Assembly: GCA_043778225.1 (NCBI GenBank)
Contig: JAYWGM010000014.1
Location: 1 to 42,462 of the forward strand
Length of the DNA stretch: 42,462 nucleotides
Source of the DNA: Deinococcales bacterium
Lineage (GTDB): Bacteria; Deinococcota; Deinococci; Deinococcales; JAAFIG01
Reading direction: 5' to 3'
In this document: positions 1 to 9,224 of the stretch, in pieces
Layout: each line of letters begins with the position of its first letter
Numbering within the stretch: the stretch's first letter is position 1
Program-made: the position numbers and the translations under genes
The notes under the pieces: model-generated
Seen by the model: only the letters and a program-made list of their open reading frames with translations
Databases searched by the model: none
Told to the model about the DNA's origin: nothing

Positions 1-690
1 GTGCGAACAATCGAGCATCACCACCGTGGCAGCGCTAGACTGGTACTCGGATTGCCGAATCACCAAGTCGGACTCGGTAATGTTCTCGAGACCTTTAGAA
101 ACAAGGTTTTTCATGGTGCTGGTGACATCTAAGTTTAGCGTGTCGCCAAACTCGTAATCTTTAAGGTCGCCAGTCATTTCTACGCCACTGGAGTATTCGC
201 GGGTATCGTGCCGTCCTGCGCTGGATTTACCCAGTCCACCCAGAATATCGCGCAGGGTTTTATAGCCCATAAAATCAATGCTTTTTTGGGTCAGTTCAAA
301 GCGCGCATCGCCAGAATTACCCACACCGCCCTCGCCTTGCGGCACAGCGCTTTCTCGAGTTGGGTCGTCGACTCTGATCATGCCTTCGTCTTGGAGGCGC
401 TGAATCATTTTGTTAATTTCTTGGTTTAATCTGGTTTGCGAAAAATCCTTGCTGGACTGGGCTTCTTTAAGCATATCCTCGGGGATTAAATCGCGTTCCA
501 TCAGGGCTTGCAAAATTGCTTCACGCAATTCATCCATGCTCGAGCCAGCGTTTGGGTCTGGGTCATAAGGATTATTAAACGCACTGCCGATAATGCTGTC
601 ACGAATCATGTCCATTAGGCTGCCCGTGTCAAGGTCATCGAGGGTGGATTCGTACTTGGAATAACGGGTTGAACGCAGGGTACTTAACAT
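1..690 (-). CDS. VWA-domain protein (partner of MoxR/Mg-chelatase-like AAA+ ATPase), runs off window
   Basis: Not in the ORF track. Hand translation from ATG 690 (GAGGAG RBS) gives [15 protein letters not shown]...[14 protein letters not shown]...[13 protein letters not shown], ending at the start of a MIDAS DxSxS motif; open to base 1. Confidence 0.85.
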   Translation of the reverse strand, partial: MLSTLRSTRYSKYESTLDDLDTGSLMDMIRDSIIGSAFNNPYDPDPNAGSSMDELREAILQALMERDLIPEDMLKEAQSSKDFSQTRLNQEINKMIQRLQDEGMIRVDDPTRESAVPQGEGGVGNSGDARFELTQKSIDFMGYKTLRDILGGLGKSSAGRHDTREYSSGVEMTGDLKDYEFGDTLNLDVTSTMKNLVSKGLENITESDLVIRQSEYQSSAATVVMLDCSH

Positions 691-716
691 GGTTTTTGCT
701 CCTCGAGAAATGTGAA

Positions 717-994
717 TCAATAAACTTCGTCGTGTGTTCCAATGTCAATCAATAAAATTTCGTCTTCGGGGTTATTGGTAATAAATTCAAAAATAATTCT
801 CAGGTCATACCCTGCACTACACGCCAAATAACCAGTCCATTCTCCTCTTAGCTTATGAGTCTCGAGCCACGGTTCACGCGGATTGATTTCAAGTTGACGC
901 GTTGCAGCCACTATTTCCTGCTGTAAATTTGGGTTTTACCAACAAACTTCTTAAATGCCCGTTTGAAATCAGGGCTGAGTTCAACTTTTGGCAC
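717..994 (-). pseudogene. YafQ/RelE-family mRNA interferase toxin with a 1-bp frameshift
   Basis: GTG 994 gives MPKVELSPDFKRAFKKFVGK. One extra A in the A4 run (T4 at 934-937) would continue NPNLQQEIVAATRQ...LETHKLRGEW...DIGTHDEVY, 92 aa with typical YafQ motifs. Confidence 0.8.
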
Positions 995-1199
995 TGATTT
1001 CCTCGAGAAAATCGTCTACTGAACCGGTTTTTAATTCGCCACGGCGGTAGGCAGCACTGGTTTCCTTGGCTTGTTCAATCATTTTGCTACAGCGTAACTC
1101 GAGGTCGCGCTTTTGAATAATACTGACCAAAGTCTGCCAGTTTTCTCTTGGTAATCGTTCAACAAAATCTAGGGCTTCGTCTACGGTTACGGTTTGCAT
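981..1199 (-). CDS. Putative cognate antitoxin (72 aa)
   Basis: MQTVTVDEALDFVERLP...GELKTGSVDDFLEEI. Start is coupled to the Uma2 stop (TAATG) and the gene overlaps the toxin start. Confidence 0.7.
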   Translation of the reverse strand: MQTVTVDEALDFVERLPRENWQTLVSIIQKRDLELRCSKMIEQAKETSAAYRRGELKTGSVDDFLEEISAKS

Positions 1200-1765
1200 T
1201 ATTCTCCTCCTATTCCAGCATAAATCTGTTCTAAGGTTAGCGTGGTGCTTGGGCATGGAATTTCGATTTTGCCATCTGTGTATTGCTCGAGTTGCCAAGT
1301 ATTATTCTCGAGGCGGCGATGAAGTTCCACTAATTGTTGGTCTTGATGCACAATCATGTAGGCTTTGAGGCTGTCAATGCGTTGGTAGTTGGTTTTCTTC
1401 TCGGTTAAATCTATACGTTTGGTGCTGTCGGATAATACTTCTACGACAAAACAAGGTTTGGTTTTGAACAGCGCGTTATCGTCTGAGTCATCACAAATAA
1501 CAATTACATCAGGGTAATACGACACGATGGGAGGTTGCACAATCGTTAATTTCATATCGCTCTGCATGACTCGGCAGCGTTTTTCTTTTTTGGCTCGAGC
1601 CACGAGTGTTAATTCAAAAACAATATTTCCTACTATTAAATTGTGATTCTCAGTTGCTCCTGCCATGGCATAAAGCTGCCCGTCCACAAATTCGTGCTTG
1701 GTGGTCGCACGTTCTTCAAGCTCGAGGTACTGTTCTAAGCTGATTGTGGATAGGGTACTGTTCAT
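1199..1765 (-). CDS. Uma2 (DUF820) family endonuclease-like protein
   Basis: KHEFVDGQLYAMAG, YYPDVIV and VVEVLSDST motifs. Confidence 0.92.
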   Translation of the reverse strand: MNSTLSTISLEQYLELEERATTKHEFVDGQLYAMAGATENHNLIVGNIVFELTLVARAKKEKRCRVMQSDMKLTIVQPPIVSYYPDVIVICDDSDDNALFKTKPCFVVEVLSDSTKRIDLTEKKTNYQRIDSLKAYMIVHQDQQLVELHRRLENNTWQLEQYTDGKIEIPCPSTTLTLEQIYAGIGGE

Positions 1766-1779
1766 GCTTTATGGTACTC

Positions 1780-3210
1780 CTAATTCCAGCCTTTGCCGCG
1801 TCCGCCTCTGGCTTGTTCTTGCTCTGGTGCGGCGTAACCCATTTCTTCACTTCTCGAGACTTTCTTCTTGCCATATAAGCCTTCTAAAACAAATTCGGCA
1901 GCCGCGACCGTGTGGGCATCGGACGCACCTTCTGCCAGTTCTCGAGCAAATTTAATCAGGCTGGGTACTTTCTCGAGTTCTTTAATCGCACTGCTCGAGC
2001 TTCCAAGCTGCGGAATGTTGAGCGTATTGCCGTCTTCAAACCACTTCTCAAGATTTGCAGTGTCGTTTTTGGCAGCACGGCGACCATAGACTGCTCCGGC
2101 GGCTTTGCGGATAATATCTTTGGCGATGTTGTCCGCGCCTTTCATTTCGCCTTCGTACTCGAGTTCGAGCTTGCCAGTGATGGCAGGTAAGCCAGCGTAA
2201 ATATCGCTCGGACGTGCCACGGCTTCTTCGCCAGACACAATTGCGCGTCGCTCGGCGTTTGAAGCCACCAACTCGAGCAGACTGATTGGCAAGCGTTGCG
2301 AAACACCACTTTGTTTGTCCACGCGGTTGTCGTCTCGAGCTTGGAAAGCGATTTCTTCTGCCAGTTCTGCCATGTAGCTCGGTATGGCTGCTCGCATTGT
2401 GCCGCCATCCTCGAGCCATGCTTCTTGCTGCGTAATTTCCATGCCAAGATGTACATGATTTGGGTAGTGGGTGCGAATTTCCGAGCCGATGCGGTCTTTG
2501 AGTGGCGTAACAATTTTTCCTCGAGCCGTGTAGTCTTCGGGGTTGGCACTGAAGACCAGCATCACGTCTAGCTCGAGCCGAATTGGGTAGCCTTTAATTT
2601 GTACATCGCCTTCCTGCATGATGTTGAACAGACCGACTTGGACTTTTGGACTAAGGTCGGCAAGTTCGTTGACCGCAAAAATGCCTCGGTTGGCTCGAGG
2701 GAGCAACCCATAATGCACGGTTAATTCGTCGCCCATGGTTTTACCAAGTCTGGCAGCTTTAATTGGGTCTACATCGCCAATCATGTCGGCAACGGTTACA
2801 TCTGGGGTGGCGAGTTTTTCGACATAGCGCTGTTCTCGAGGCATCCAGCCAATTGGGGTGTCGTCGCCGTACTCGGCTAAGAATTTGTGGGCTTCGCTCG
2901 AGATTGGGTTCATCGGGTCGTCGTGCAGTTCTGTACCAAGGATGTAGGGGATTTCTGGGTCTAAAAGGTTGGTGATGGCGCGTAAAATACGGCTTTTGGC
3001 TTGCCCACGCAGACCAAGCAGAATAAAATTTTGTTGCGCCAGGAGTGCATTGACGACTTGAGGCACAACCGTGTCTTCATAGCCCATCACGCCATGAAAA
3101 AGGGTTTCTTTGGCACGCAGTTTTTTGATTAAGTTTTCGCGCACTTCTTGCTGTACGCTGCGAGGACGGTAGCCACTGGCTTTCAGGTCTTTTAGGGTAA
3201 GTGCTTTCAC
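1780..3210 (-). CDS. Mg-chelatase/MoxR-like AAA+ ATPase
   Basis: GLRGQAKS Walker A variant, [27 protein letters not shown]. Start moved to GTG 3210, which has TACAAT 6 nt upstream. Confidence 0.88.
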   Translation of the reverse strand: MKALTLKDLKASGYRPRSVQQEVRENLIKKLRAKETLFHGVMGYEDTVVPQVVNALLAQQNFILLGLRGQAKSRILRAITNLLDPEIPYILGTELHDDPMNPISSEAHKFLAEYGDDTPIGWMPREQRYVEKLATPDVTVADMIGDVDPIKAARLGKTMGDELTVHYGLLPRANRGIFAVNELADLSPKVQVGLFNIMQEGDVQIKGYPIRLELDVMLVFSANPEDYTARGKIVTPLKDRIGSEIRTHYPNHVHLGMEITQQEAWLEDGGTMRAAIPSYMAELAEEIAFQARDDNRVDKQSGVSQRLPISLLELVASNAERRAIVSGEEAVARPSDIYAGLPAITGKLELEYEGEMKGADNIAKDIIRKAAGAVYGRRAAKNDTANLEKWFEDGNTLNIPQLGSSSSAIKELEKVPSLIKFARELAEGASDAHTVAAAEFVLEGLYGKKKVSRSEEMGYAAPEQEQARGGRGKGWN

Positions 3211-3358
3211 TTCTTTATTGTACCGCCTTAGAGATTTGAAGACTGTGCGGTACGCAACCTCGAGACCGCATCTCAATTGCTGCTTAGGATACATTGTAAC
3301 TGACGCTGCCAAGCCCACATCTGCCAATTATTTTTGATGCTTGGGTTAGACTGCCAAT

Positions 3359-3979
3359 ATGGCGAGAATTCTCTTAATCGAGGACAATCCAGACCAAGCC
3401 TTTGTGGCAAGTCGTTTTCTTGAACGGGCTGGTTTTGCAGTGGCGCATCAAAGCACGGCTCAATCGGGTCTCGAGAGCGCTGCCTTGGGTGGTTTTGATT
3501 TAATCATGCTCGATTATGGCTTGCCAGATTCCGAAGGCTTAACTACCCTCGAGCAATTAACTCCCTTTGGGATTCCCATTATTTTGGTGACTGGTCGCAA
3601 CGAAGCCGAATTGGCAGTCAAGGCACTGCAAGCTGGAGCAGCCAATTATATCGTCAAAGATAGCCACTATTTAGGAAAGTTACCCGAGATTGCTCAGCAA
3701 ACCTTGGAGCAAATTGCAGCCCGTCCGGTTAGTCTCGAGCCAAAGCGCCTTGCCAGCCAAGCCCAGAGCCTAGAAGAATTTAGGCGCTCGGTGCGTCAGG
3801 CACTTAACCCAATGGTGCAGCATTTTCGAGATCGAATTTTAGAAACCAGTTTTTCGGATGCCGTCGGCGAACTCGAGAACACCTTGGAGAGCGCCGAAGC
3901 AGTTTTAGACGAAGAACTCGAGGCGCTGGATCAATTGCTCTACGAAGAGCTTTCTCGAGCCTTGCAGCCACAGGCTTAA
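3359..3979 (+). CDS. Response regulator (REC domain plus helical C-terminus)
   Basis: ILLIEDN, LIMLDYGLPD, LVTG and GAANYIVK receiver motifs. Confidence 0.85.
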   Translation: MARILLIEDNPDQAFVASRFLERAGFAVAHQSTAQSGLESAALGGFDLIMLDYGLPDSEGLTTLEQLTPFGIPIILVTGRNEAELAVKALQAGAANYIVKDSHYLGKLPEIAQQTLEQIAARPVSLEPKRLASQAQSLEEFRRSVRQALNPMVQHFRDRILETSFSDAVGELENTLESAEAVLDEELEALDQLLYEELSRALQPQA

Positions 3980-4000
3980 CGAGAAAAAAAGCAAGATTGC

Positions 4001-4495
4001 TCAGGTTTCTTCCTCGTTTCTCGTTCCTCGTTCCTCGGCTTCATGTCTTATGGCTTTTTGAATTGTTCCAAAGGCAAAACCACGGCGCATTAAAAAAGCA
4101 ATTGCTTTTTGGTCGGCTCGTTCGCCAGTAAAACGGTTTTGGTATTTCTCGAGCAGGGCTTTTGCGGCTTCAAAGTCGGTGTCTTGGTCTCGAGTGGTTA
4201 GCACATCCTCAATCAGGTGCTTATGGATGCCACGGTGGGCGAGTTTGCGCTGGATTCCAAATTTGCCAAGGGCTGGGTTTTCGGATGCTCGAGCGGCAAT
4301 GGCGGTGTCGTCAAGAAATTTAAGTTCTCGCAACCGCGCTAAAATGGTTTTAATATCCGCAAAACTGACTTTGCGGGTTTTTAGTTTTTTCTCGAGTTCA
4401 AATTCGGTTAAGGCTCGAGCCGATAAAGCCCGAATGGCGTATTGCAACGCATCCTGAGCCGACATGGGTTTAATATCAAATTTTTTGCCGTACAT
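4001..4495 (-). CDS. recX: Regulatory protein RecX
   Basis: ALSARALTEFELEKKL, FLDD, G..IQRKLAHRGI, FLMRRGF. Confidence 0.88.
   Translation of the reverse strand: MYGKKFDIKPMSAQDALQYAIRALSARALTEFELEKKLKTRKVSFADIKTILARLRELKFLDDTAIAARASENPALGKFGIQRKLAHRGIHKHLIEDVLTTRDQDTDFEAAKALLEKYQNRFTGERADQKAIAFLMRRGFAFGTIQKAIRHEAEERGTRNEEET
4011..4038. repeat. Four tandem heptamers T(C/T)CTCG(T/G) in the recX 3' end
   Basis: TCCTCGT TTCTCGT TCCTCGT TCCTCGG. Confidence 0.7.
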
Positions 4496-4502
4496 AACAA
4501 CC

Positions 4503-5678
4503 TTAATTGGCGTTTAAGAAACTCAAGATGCCTTTTGCAATACCCAAGGCTAGTTTTTGCTGATACCAATTTGTGCCTAGGTTTTTACCTTCGGTTGGGT
4601 GGGTGCCAAAACCAGTTTCGATTAAGATGCTTGGAATACGTGGCTTTTTAATCACCCAGAATTCGGCTTGTTTGACACCTTGGTTGTATGCTCCAGTGCT
4701 GCTGATGAGGTTACTTTGCACCAAACTGGCGAGTTTCCTCGAGTATTTCACATTTAATTGCGCCAATTGGTCGTTGATTAAATCCTGTGCTAAATTTCTG
4801 GCGGCTCGAGTCAGGGCTTTACCAGTGCTGCCCCCGCCGTTTTCACGTTCAGCTTGCGCCAGTGTTTCGGAGTCTGGCGATTGTCCAAACAAATAGGTCG
4901 AAATGCCCTGCGCCCGCGCATCGGCACTGTTGACATGAAGACTGACAAAAGCATTGCGGTCGCTGCTGCCCATGTTGGCTCGAGTATCGAGGTCGCAGCG
5001 TTTATCGCAGCCGTTGTTGCCTTGCCAAGCATAATCGCCAGTGCGCGTCATCACCACAGTAACACCATTATTCTCGAGGATGGCGCGAACTTTAATGGCA
5101 AGGCTTAGGGTAACAATTTTTTCGGTCACATATTTACTCATACCGGGGTCTATGCCACCATGTCCAGCATCTAAGACGACGGTCAATTTTGGTTTGGTTG
5201 GTGTTTTTGGTTTATTGACAACAGGTTTAGCCACAACTGGACTCGAGGTGGTGGTCAGCACCCCAAGTTTTTCGCCAAGGTCAATCACGATGCGGTTAGG
5301 TTGGTCGCCGGTTGGGTCTAAAGTAAAGGCTTTCCAGCCTTTGGAATTACTCATGTTAAAAGTGGTTCGCAATGTCAGGACAACGCCAGTGTTTGCATTT
5401 TCGAGTTCCCACGAAGCCAATTCTGGAGTGTCGCTGCTGCCACTGCCAACGGCGGCTCGAGCCGGACTGATCGTCATTTCAAGGGTTTTACCATTGGCGC
5501 GAATCGAAAATTTGGGTTTGCTGGGGGCATCCAAAACAACCCGTGTAAAACCAGCTTCGCTATGGGCAGCAATACGCGGCGTGCCAACCCCATCGAGTTG
5601 TGCCAAGCCAACCGACAACCCCACAAAAAGCAACACAAAAGCGGCTGCTGATGCTTGGAGCAATCGAAAAAGTCGCAT
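4503..5678 (-). CDS. N-acetylmuramoyl-L-alanine amidase (Amidase_3, AMIN-like N-terminus)
   Basis: Signal peptide, VVLDAGHGGIDPG, FVSLHVNS, PSILIETGF. Confidence 0.92.
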   Translation of the reverse strand: MRLFRLLQASAAAFVLLFVGLSVGLAQLDGVGTPRIAAHSEAGFTRVVLDAPSKPKFSIRANGKTLEMTISPARAAVGSGSSDTPELASWELENANTGVVLTLRTTFNMSNSKGWKAFTLDPTGDQPNRIVIDLGEKLGVLTTTSSPVVAKPVVNKPKTPTKPKLTVVLDAGHGGIDPGMSKYVTEKIVTLSLAIKVRAILENNGVTVVMTRTGDYAWQGNNGCDKRCDLDTRANMGSSDRNAFVSLHVNSADARAQGISTYLFGQSPDSETLAQAERENGGGSTGKALTRAARNLAQDLINDQLAQLNVKYSRKLASLVQSNLISSTGAYNQGVKQAEFWVIKKPRIPSILIETGFGTHPTEGKNLGTNWYQQKLALGIAKGILSFLNAN

Positions 5679-5764
5679 GGCGCTATTATTCCAAGAAAAA
5701 GCCATTCTGTCGAGGGGTTGCCGCGCCTAAAACCACAACATTTGGTAGGTTGGCAAAGTTTGAC

Positions 5765-5807
5765 CTCAAGTGAACGTATGATGTGCAACTCAAGTGAACG
5801 TATGATG
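5765..5807. repeat. Perfect 19-bp direct repeat (24-bp period) duplicating the ribF 3' end
   Basis: CTCAAGTGAACGTATGATG at 5765-5783 and 5789-5807. Confidence 0.9.
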
Positions 5808-6692
5808 AGGTAAAATTTCTCGAGCTTTAATTTTATCGGTTTCGAGTTGGGCAATCAAAGCGGGTAAACCCGAAAATTTTTGTTCACTGCGAATAAATTC
5901 CACAAACTGGACACTGACCTCGAGTCCATAAATATCTTGGTCAAAGTCAAAGATATGAACTTCAAAACTTTCGGTCATGCCACCAATCGTTGGGCGTGTG
6001 CCAATGTTGGCTATTGCGTTGTGCCAAATTCCATCTGGGGTCTCGAGCCGCACTGCATAGACTCCTTTGGGCAGTAATTTGCCTTCTGGCACGGCAATGT
6101 TGGCTGTTGGTGTGCCAATTGTGCGCCCAAGTTGCTGACCCAAGACCACCACACCACTGGCATGATACAAGCGCCCTAGCATCGCGTTAGCTGCCGTAAC
6201 ATTGGCAGTTTCCAGCGCAGAGCGGATGCTCGAGGCATGAACTTCTAAGCCGTTGAGGGTTTTCATCTCGAGGGTGTGAACAGTTGCCAGCGTCTCAAGG
6301 TCGGGAATTCCACCAGCCCGTTTATTGCCAAAGCGAAAATCATGCCCGACGATAATACTTTTGGGATGCAGCGCCCGAATATCCTCTAAAAACGCGCTGG
6401 GCGCTCGGCTCGAGAATTCAAGAGTAAACGGTACAGCAATCACTTCGGCAATACCAAGACTTTGCAGAATCTCAAGTTTTTCGGCGAGAGAATACAAAAA
6501 TTTACTGCCCTGCAAAAGCACTCGAGTTGGCTGGTCAAAGGTAAAAACCACGCTTGGGACATGATGGTTGCTCGCCAAAATTTTAAGTTGCTCGAGCAGC
6601 GCCAAATGCCCGAGGTGCAAACCATCGAAGCTACCAATGGCAACCACACTCTCGGTTTTTGGACGGTCAAACGGGGATTGATACACGCGCAT
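5790..6692 (-). CDS. ribF: Bifunctional riboflavin kinase/FAD synthetase
   Basis: IGSFDGLHLGH, GHDFRFG, GRTIGTPTAN, NIGTRPT, EVHIFDF. Confidence 0.95.
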   Translation of the reverse strand: MRVYQSPFDRPKTESVVAIGSFDGLHLGHLALLEQLKILASNHHVPSVVFTFDQPTRVLLQGSKFLYSLAEKLEILQSLGIAEVIAVPFTLEFSSRAPSAFLEDIRALHPKSIIVGHDFRFGNKRAGGIPDLETLATVHTLEMKTLNGLEVHASSIRSALETANVTAANAMLGRLYHASGVVVLGQQLGRTIGTPTANIAVPEGKLLPKGVYAVRLETPDGIWHNAIANIGTRPTIGGMTESFEVHIFDFDQDIYGLEVSVQFVEFIRSEQKFSGLPALIAQLETDKIKAREILPHHTFT

Positions 6693-6696
6693 TGGG

Positions 6697-8154
6697 TTAT
6701 TTTACGGGCAAATGATGTTGGACATTTAACTTCTCGAGGTGTGGCTCGAGTCGGCTTAGAAAATCTGCGTAATCTCTATTCTTTGGTTGCGACCAAAGCA
6801 CCTCGGACAGCGCACAAAGCCTAGGAAATGCCATGCGCTCAACATCTTTAGGCGTGGGCAGATATTCGCTCCAAAGTTGGCATTGACTGCCCAGCACGTG
6901 CCGCCCTTCAAGTTCGGTCAGTTCGGCTGGAATGGGTTCGTACCCATACACTTTCTCGAGCGTTGTGCAGCCGCCAATGGCTAAAGGTTCGAGGTCGGGG
7001 TTCTCGGTTTGATAATGGTCAAAATAGACATGAGTCCCCGGAGTCATGACCACATCATGCCCAGCTTTAGCCGCAATAATCCCGCCAGCCTCACCACGCC
7101 AAGACATGACCGTTGCGCCATCTACCAAGCCGCCTTCGAGAATTTCATCCCAACCAATCATTTTTCGACCTCGAGATTTGAGAAAAGTGTTGATTCGACC
7201 CACAAAATAACTTTGCAACGCTTCTTCATCCTCGAGATGATTGGCTTTCATGATGTTCTGAGCCACAGCACTTTCTTTCCATTCTTTTTTCGGGCATTCA
7301 TCGCCGCCAATGTGAATGTACGGTGATGGGAAAATCTCGAGAACTTCGGTCAAAACATCCTCGAGAAACGCAAATGTTTTTTCTTCAGGGCTAAAAACGC
7401 TCTCGAACACGCCCCAATTTCCCACGACTTCAGGCGCAATGCCAGTATTGCCAAATTCTGGGTACGCCGCCAGCGCCGCCGTGGCATGACCGGGCATCTC
7501 GATTTCTGGCACGATGGTAATATGACGCTCCGAAGCGTAAGCCACAAGCTCGAGCATTTGGGCTTGGGTGTAAAACCCACCGTGCGGAATGCCATCATAG
7601 ACTTTATTTTCGGCTAAACCATGCCCAATTAAAGTCTGCTTACGCCAAGCCCCAATTTCGGTCATACGCGGATACTTTTTAATTTCGAGCCGCCAACCTT
7701 GGTCGTCGGTCAGGTGCAAATGCAGCATATTCATTTTGTGTAATGCCAACAAGTCCACATATTTTTTCAGCCATTCAAAGGGCATAAAATGCCTCGAGAC
7801 ATCTAAGTGCGAACCGCGCCAAGTAAAACGCGGTGAATCTTTAATCACAACACAACTCGAGTCTCGTTGCAAAAGCGTGACACAACCATAAAAAAGCCCT
7901 GCCAACCCACTCGAGGAAATCCGCACACCAGATTCTCGAATCTCGAGAATATACGCTTCTGGATTGCCTAGATTTTCGGTCAACTCGAGATGAATGCCGT
8001 TCGGTACAGCCTCCCCAATTCTGAGCGGCAAACCGATTTTGGCTTGTAATTTTTTGGCTTCACTCAGCGCGGCAGTGTTACAAGTTATGGCTTGAGCCAA
8101 TTTGAGAAGAAACGCTCCCTCGAGTGGCATAATCTGATTTGGAATTGGAATCAT
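6697..8154 (-). CDS. Beta-N-acetylhexosaminidase (GH20)
   Basis: WRGSHLDVSRH, HLHLTDDQGWR, EIEMPGH, catalytic HIGGDE. Start moved to ATG 8154 (MIPIP). Confidence 0.94.
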   Translation of the reverse strand: MIPIPNQIMPLEGAFLLKLAQAITCNTAALSEAKKLQAKIGLPLRIGEAVPNGIHLELTENLGNPEAYILEIRESGVRISSSGLAGLFYGCVTLLQRDSSCVVIKDSPRFTWRGSHLDVSRHFMPFEWLKKYVDLLALHKMNMLHLHLTDDQGWRLEIKKYPRMTEIGAWRKQTLIGHGLAENKVYDGIPHGGFYTQAQMLELVAYASERHITIVPEIEMPGHATAALAAYPEFGNTGIAPEVVGNWGVFESVFSPEEKTFAFLEDVLTEVLEIFPSPYIHIGGDECPKKEWKESAVAQNIMKANHLEDEEALQSYFVGRINTFLKSRGRKMIGWDEILEGGLVDGATVMSWRGEAGGIIAAKAGHDVVMTPGTHVYFDHYQTENPDLEPLAIGGCTTLEKVYGYEPIPAELTELEGRHVLGSQCQLWSEYLPTPKDVERMAFPRLCALSEVLWSQPKNRDYADFLSRLEPHLEKLNVQHHLPVK

Positions 8155-8170
8155 GGGTTTAGAATACCTG
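8155..8170. promoter_or_regulatory. Overlapping back-to-back -10 elements for two divergent, probably leaderless genes
   Basis: TAGAAT (+, 8160-8165) lies 5 nt before ATG 8171; TATTCT (-, 8166-8161) lies 6 nt before ATG 8154. Confidence 0.6.
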
Positions 8171-8431
8171 ATGCAGCCGTGGCGACAACTGGGACTCGAG
8201 GCGTGGAAGGCAGGCAATGACCTCGAAGCGATAAAATGCTTTTGGCGCAGTGCCGAAGAGCATAAGCAAAATTCGCTCGAGTGGGCAATTTCGTACCGCT
8301 TGTATGGTTTAGCCCTGATTCAAGTGCAACGCGAAGTTGAAGGTACGTTTGCACTCGAGAAAGCTGATGTGGTTCTGGATTTGTTTGGAATTGCAGCGTT
8401 TGACCAAAGTAATATCCCAACTCATTCATGA
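8171..8431 (+). CDS. Small helical (TPR-like) hypothetical protein
   Basis: MQPWRQLGLEAWKAG...YRLYGLALIQVQREVEG; fills the gap between genes; -10 box just upstream. Confidence 0.55.
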   Translation: MQPWRQLGLEAWKAGNDLEAIKCFWRSAEEHKQNSLEWAISYRLYGLALIQVQREVEGTFALEKADVVLDLFGIAAFDQSNIPTHS

Positions 8432-8908
8432 CTTTTGCGATAATTGTAAATATGAGCGCAGAATCACCAAAGTGATTCCAATGGCGACGATTAGACCACC
8501 AGAAATACCGAGTTCAATCATTGCTTGGCTAAAGCGTACTGGCTCGAGTGTACCTTTGGCTTCCTCAACTCCAATACTTGCGCCAACTGCTAGAATTCGT
8601 CGGGTGGCTGAGATTCCGCCAATCACTAAAAATGGCACAAGACTTTCTGCCACATTGGGTTGTCCTGGCGTGTTGATAAAGCCAATCACCGTCCGCAGTA
8701 ACTCGAGAACAATCAAGGCTAAAAGCACGTCGTTAATCAAAGTGATACTGGCTTCCAGAAAACCTTCGGACAGTTTTTGTATAAAAGCAATGATTGCGTA
8801 ACCGACAATACTCAGGGCGGAAACAACCAGCACAAAACCAGCAATAAAATAGGCGATTCGGTCAAGCCGCTCGAGGATTTGTATCTGTGGTGACCCAAGT
8901 TTTCTCAA
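8426..8908 (-). CDS. PsiE-family membrane protein
   Basis: Four hydrophobic segments, LLALIVLELLRTV, PFLVIGGISATRRIL. Confidence 0.8.
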   Translation of the reverse strand: MRKLGSPQIQILERLDRIAYFIAGFVLVVSALSIVGYAIIAFIQKLSEGFLEASITLINDVLLALIVLELLRTVIGFINTPGQPNVAESLVPFLVIGGISATRRILAVGASIGVEEAKGTLEPVRFSQAMIELGISGGLIVAIGITLVILRSYLQLSQKS

Positions 8909-9182
8909 AGTGACTTAGGTTACGCTGGATTGTGATTTTTGTTGGTACGAAAAACTGTGATGATTTAGTATCCTACGATAGCAATAAGTTTTTGTGGAAT
9001 CAAAGACCTTTTGCGCTTGATCAAAGTAATATTTCATACCAAATTTCGGAAGTTCCTAAGAACTTCCCGACCAAAGGGAGTGAAAAAAAGACCGTCTTTG
9101 ACGGATATGGCGTATTTTGCGCTTTTGCGGAATACAGAGTATCTATGTAAAGACGGTATCAGATGAATTCGAGCTAAAATGA

Positions 9183-9209
9183 AAGACCTTGCAAGTAAAA
9201 CGAGGTCTT
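9183..9209 (-). terminator. Intrinsic terminator downstream of the choice-of-anchor I gene
   Basis: AAGACCTTG-N9-CGAGGTCTT hairpin flanked by A/T runs. Confidence 0.6.
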
Positions 9210-9224
9210 AAAAAAATTCTTATT

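Noticed and set aside
925..940. Programmed -1 frameshift in the YafQ-like toxin
   Set aside because: No X XXY YYZ heptamer in the zero frame and no clear stimulatory structure; mutation or sequencing error is simpler.
5041..5730. 229-aa + strand ORF
   Set aside because: Antisense shadow of the amidase gene with no recognisable motifs.
8932..9150. 72-aa ORF in the intergenic gap
   Set aside because: GTG start without RBS or -10, no protein-like motifs, and it overlaps RNA hairpins.
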